Shown: piece by piece, positions 59,631 to 64,000 of the stretch
Numbering within the stretch: position 1 is the first letter of the stretch
Layout: the number at the start of each line of letters is the position of its first letter
From: Eledone cirrhosa
Lineage: Eukaryota
NCBI GenBank assembly: GCA_964016885.1
Contig: OZ024755.1
Coordinates: 5,766,001-5,830,000, forward strand
Direction of reading: 5' to 3'
DNA length: 64,000 nt
Program-made: the position numbers and the translations under genes
The notes under the pieces: model-generated
Told to the model about the DNA's origin: nothing
Seen by the model: only the letters and a program-made list of their open reading frames with translations
Database searches by the model: none

Positions 59631-62190
59631 TAAAAAAAAAATCCAAGGTATTTTTGAAATTAATATATATATATAAAAAACCAAATTAATATATATATAT
59701 AAAAAACCAAACAGCTCTACTTTGGCAAAAATGAGTTGTTTCTGTAATTCAGCCCCTTCACACACTGTCTTGTGGAATCTCTCTGGGAACTACCTTAAGG
59801 TTACACGTTAATTTCACAAGCAGGCTGTTCCGTTGATCAAACAACCAGATCACTCTTCGTAGTAACCGACGGACGACCAAATAACAGACACAAATACTAG
59901 GGTTGGTTTAAGTATGTATTAATTTCCCCCATTTCAAAAACATTATGTCGTTAATCCATTTTTTTGCCTTACAATTCAGCAGTGAATTAGAAAACTCAAT
60001 GAAGACGTTAGACCACAAGAAATTCTTCATTGTCCTGTTTTACGTCCGTATTTAATGTTCTTAGATCAAATATTACTAGAGCCCGCTTTAGTTTTCATCT
60101 TGATTTGAATCTATAAAATATCATTAATATCCAGTCGAATGTACTTCATAGTTTCTGTCTATGGCAGTAAACTTTATTGTTGTCTGAGACTCGTTGTTGT
60201 GCAACTAACTATAATACTTTTATCGAATACACCTCTGTAACTGTTAAACCTATGGAAATGAATGTCAATTTTGATATATTTATACATGGGAAAACCTAGT
60301 GAACTGAGGTCAGTTTGAGGTTAACGGATACTATTTATTAATAATCCTTTATCTACAACCTCTTTAATCTTGTAAAGTTGCCAATATTGCACCTTGCCAA
60401 TTATGGAAATTATCTAATATAATGCGAGATAGTTTTCATATCCATTTTTCTCCGTGTGCTATTAATCTTCATTGCATAAGTCCACTCTTTATCGCTGCCT
60501 CATAATTAACTTTAGAATATATATTCCTTGAATTACTTATTTCGTCCTGCTAAATCTACTATGCAATCTTATTATTCATGAAGTAAATTAGTTAAGGTGT
60601 GCGGCTCAAATCGTTAAGATGTTCGGCTCAAATCGTAAGGTCGTCAGTTCAATTCCTGCCGGCAAAAAAAATGACCATTTATTGCGTTTGATCCAGTTTA
60701 CATAGCTGGCTAAAATAAGCTATACCTGTACTACTTTAAAAGACCAGCTTTGTCACACTGAATCTCCCTGAGAATTACATTAAGGGTACATGTATCTGTG
60801 GAGTACTGAACCACATGCATGTTAGTTTCATGAGCGGGCTGTTACGTTGATTTCATCAAATTACCCAAGACGCCATTGATTTTCGATGGTTCAGAAGAGA
60901 AGATTAAGTAGATTCCAAGGTTTATAAGTTCGTGTTAGATGCTGCGATCAAGAGACCAGATAAACCTCTGAATATAATACATCATCGCTATACATATAAA
61001 TCATTATTAGTTTCAAGTTGAGCTGAGGCTTCAGTGATATTATTAACAGCCATTCTTTTCCAGACGATGTAGTAGTTAAGATGACTTAGTGTATAGTATT
61101 GCTGTGTCTTATTTGATAGAAGTTACTTTGAAACTTACGTTCCTGTGGTTTTAAATCGGACATATTGTTCCCACAACTGACATTCTAAGTATCAACTTGA
61201 TAAATGAGTTTAACTTATTAACGTCTGCTTCTTTGCCTGTTTTCATTTATTTCTCTTCATCTTCTCTCTTACTCCTCTCTTTTCAATCAATATTTCTCTA
61301 TCTCTATATATCCTCTCTATTTGTCTGTCGGTTTCTCTCTCTCTACTCCTCTCGCTTCTTTTGCACAACCTGACTTATTTTAACTCTTTTCACCTCCCTT
61401 AACATCTTTATGCTTGTATTACTGTTTTCCTTTCCCTTCTTTCTTCTTTTTTTTCTCTCTCTCTCTCTCTCGTTTTTTTCTCGTTCTCTCTCCCTCTCTT
61501 TCGTGTTTTTTCTCGTTCTCTTTTTCGTTTTTTCTCGTTCTCTCTCTCGTTTTTTTCTCGTTCTCTCTCATTCCCTTCTTTCACCTCTTGGTGTGTTCTG
61601 CACGAAATAATCGAAGGAATCACTAATTTACTGACTAGAACCAAGATAGAAAATAAAAGACAGCAAGCACAAGAAAGGCGTTTTTCTAATGAAGAAAAAC
61701 TGCCTTGTTAAAGAATGGCAAGCTGGCAGTAAAGAGTTGTTTGGCAAGGTAGTATGATTAAGGAGTTCACGTCACTTCAAAATCACATGGTTTGGGATTC
61801 AGTCCCACAGCGCAGCTCTCTGAGGACAGGTGAACTCAGATGTGGCAGGAAGGAATACAGGCAATTTAAGGATTAACGAGGCCATTATTATTAACCGGGT
61901 AAAACCAAGAATAAATAATAGATCAGAAATGCACGTAACAGAATGGTTACTGTAGCGACCCCGCGCATGAGTTTTAAACACATAGTCCAGTTAGGGGAGA
62001 ATAATTCGATTGCTCGTTTTATTTTGAACTGTTTCAGCTTCGCATTTGAAAAGGGGTGTCAACCCTGAAATATGTTAAAATACACTGGGTAAAACATTAC
62101 TTCGTTTTGTTTTAGTTATTTGCTGTACGTATTTTTCTAGCGCACTGTACTGGCTTTTTGAAAACTATCAGTCTTTACCACACACACACC

Positions 62191-62250
<60 letters not shown>

Positions 62251-62339
62251 CAGGGAGTGTAACGGCAAGTTACTGTAGGTTCACCCAGTGAGCACTCGAT
62301 ATTTAGGTTCAGGTCAGTATCGAGGTGTGTGTATGTATG

Positions 62340-62427
<88 letters not shown>

Positions 62428-62665
62428 GTAATAAACAATGTTGTTTATTACATAACTAATAAGCTCTGTAACCTACATAGAGCACTCTTTTTTCCTGTAC
62501 CTTTCCGACGGAATTACTTCACATATATATAACAAAAGTGTGCACTCTGGCCAGCTGGGTTCGAATTTTAATAATACGAACTTAGTTCCCCATTGAGTGA
62601 GTGAGGAATCGGCCGAAGCTCTATCAGTTCTATTCGACTTGTTTCGTCTCTTAATTATATATATA

Positions 62666-62853
62666 TAATTGTTTCTACGTTAGGCACAAGGCCAGCAATT
62701 ACCCAGTGCATTACTGGTACTTTATTTTATCGACCCCGTAAGGATGAAAGGCAAAGTCAACCTCGGTGGGATTTGAACTCAGATCGTAAAGGGACGTAAC
62801 TATGCTGGAAAGCCTGGCGTCCGACCCTCTACCGATACTGCCAATCCACCGCC
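62666..62853 (-). mobile_element. SINE family A, near full length
   Basis: Match to the family A consensus, flanked by (TA)n. Confidence 0.9.
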
Positions 62854-63259
62854 TTATATATATATATATAATGACTGTATATGTGTATGGGCATACGTGT
62901 TTGTCAGTGTGTGTATGTTTGTATCTCCGTGTCTTTATTTACGTATGTGTTTGTATTTATATTCCGAAACCTATCTTGTCGACAAAACGAGATCAATCAG
63001 TACAGGTCCTGAAAAAACTATGTATTGGTATCGATATGATCGACTATATCAAGGCGATGCCCTAGTATGGCCGCTGTCTAATAACTAAAAACAGTAACTG
63101 AATATGTGTAGGAAAGTTAAAATATGTGTAAGAAAGACCTGGATTTCCGGTCTAGCATCCGGGCATCTGAACTGAGATTGTCGACATATACCGGAAATTA
63201 ACGGTAGTCAAGAAAAGAGAATCGAAGAAGCAAGGAAGAAAAATGAGATGCTTGCTTTC

Positions 63260-63306
<47 letters not shown>

Positions 63307-63334
63307 TATATATATTATACTACATATATATATA

Positions 63335-63383
<49 letters not shown>

Positions 63384-63563
63384 TATATATATAGTGTATA
63401 TATATTATATTACATATATATATGTGTGTATATATATATATAGTGTATATATATTATATTACATATATATATATGTGTGTGGATATATATATATGTGTAT
63501 GTGTGTGTGTGTATATATGTATATATATATATATATGTGCGTGTGTGTTTGTATGGGTGTGTG

Positions 63564-63613
<50 letters not shown>

Positions 63614-64000
63614 GCACTGACTATAGTAAATGACACTTGCTAAATACACCAGGCAGTGGGTTCCAGCTTGGGACCTTAAGATTACGAAGCTAACATCTTT
63701 ACCATTCAGTTGTCTAACGCTTGATGTAGTTGGACAAACGATATAACGTTTCGGACGTCAGTCCTTCATCTTTATATATGACATATCAATCATTGATTTC
63801 AAAAATGATATACATTCAACGCTTTAGCTGTCATTATTGACGGCACAGGTAGACTAGCTTCTCATATACTATCCATTAAATCCTTAGTAGTTAATTTATA
63901 TTACCACCAACTGTTCACCTTATATATTAGCAATCACCTGGTACAAATTGGGGAGTAAATAGAAACGAAACAAAAACTAGAAACTAACGAAACGAAACTG

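Overview
This is AT-rich, gene-poor eukaryotic DNA dominated by (TA)n/(CA)n/(ACT)n microsatellites, minisatellites, two abundant tRNA-derived SINE families, short MITEs and LINE 3' remnants. The repeat content resembles an octopus (coleoid cephalopod) genome, which is an inference from SINE sequence style. Nearly all ORFs in the supplied track are simple-repeat artefacts. No confidently identifiable protein-coding gene is present, although two weak multi-exon minus-strand models can be built (15.2-11.1 kb and 50.6-46.7 kb). The main hidden signal is that many short unique islands inside or beside (TA)n tracts are type-I minimal hammerhead ribozymes (CUGANGA-stem II-GAAA-palindromic stem III-UH, several followed by AATAAA-like sequence), as in Penelope-like element pLTRs and retrozymes. 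About five have an intact core and about eight are decayed. A multicopy hairpin family looks like a hammerhead 3' half mirrored about stem II, with covarying arms. A 470-bp foldback carries two convergent Pol III (tRNA-like) units. Coordinates of diverged repeats are approximate.
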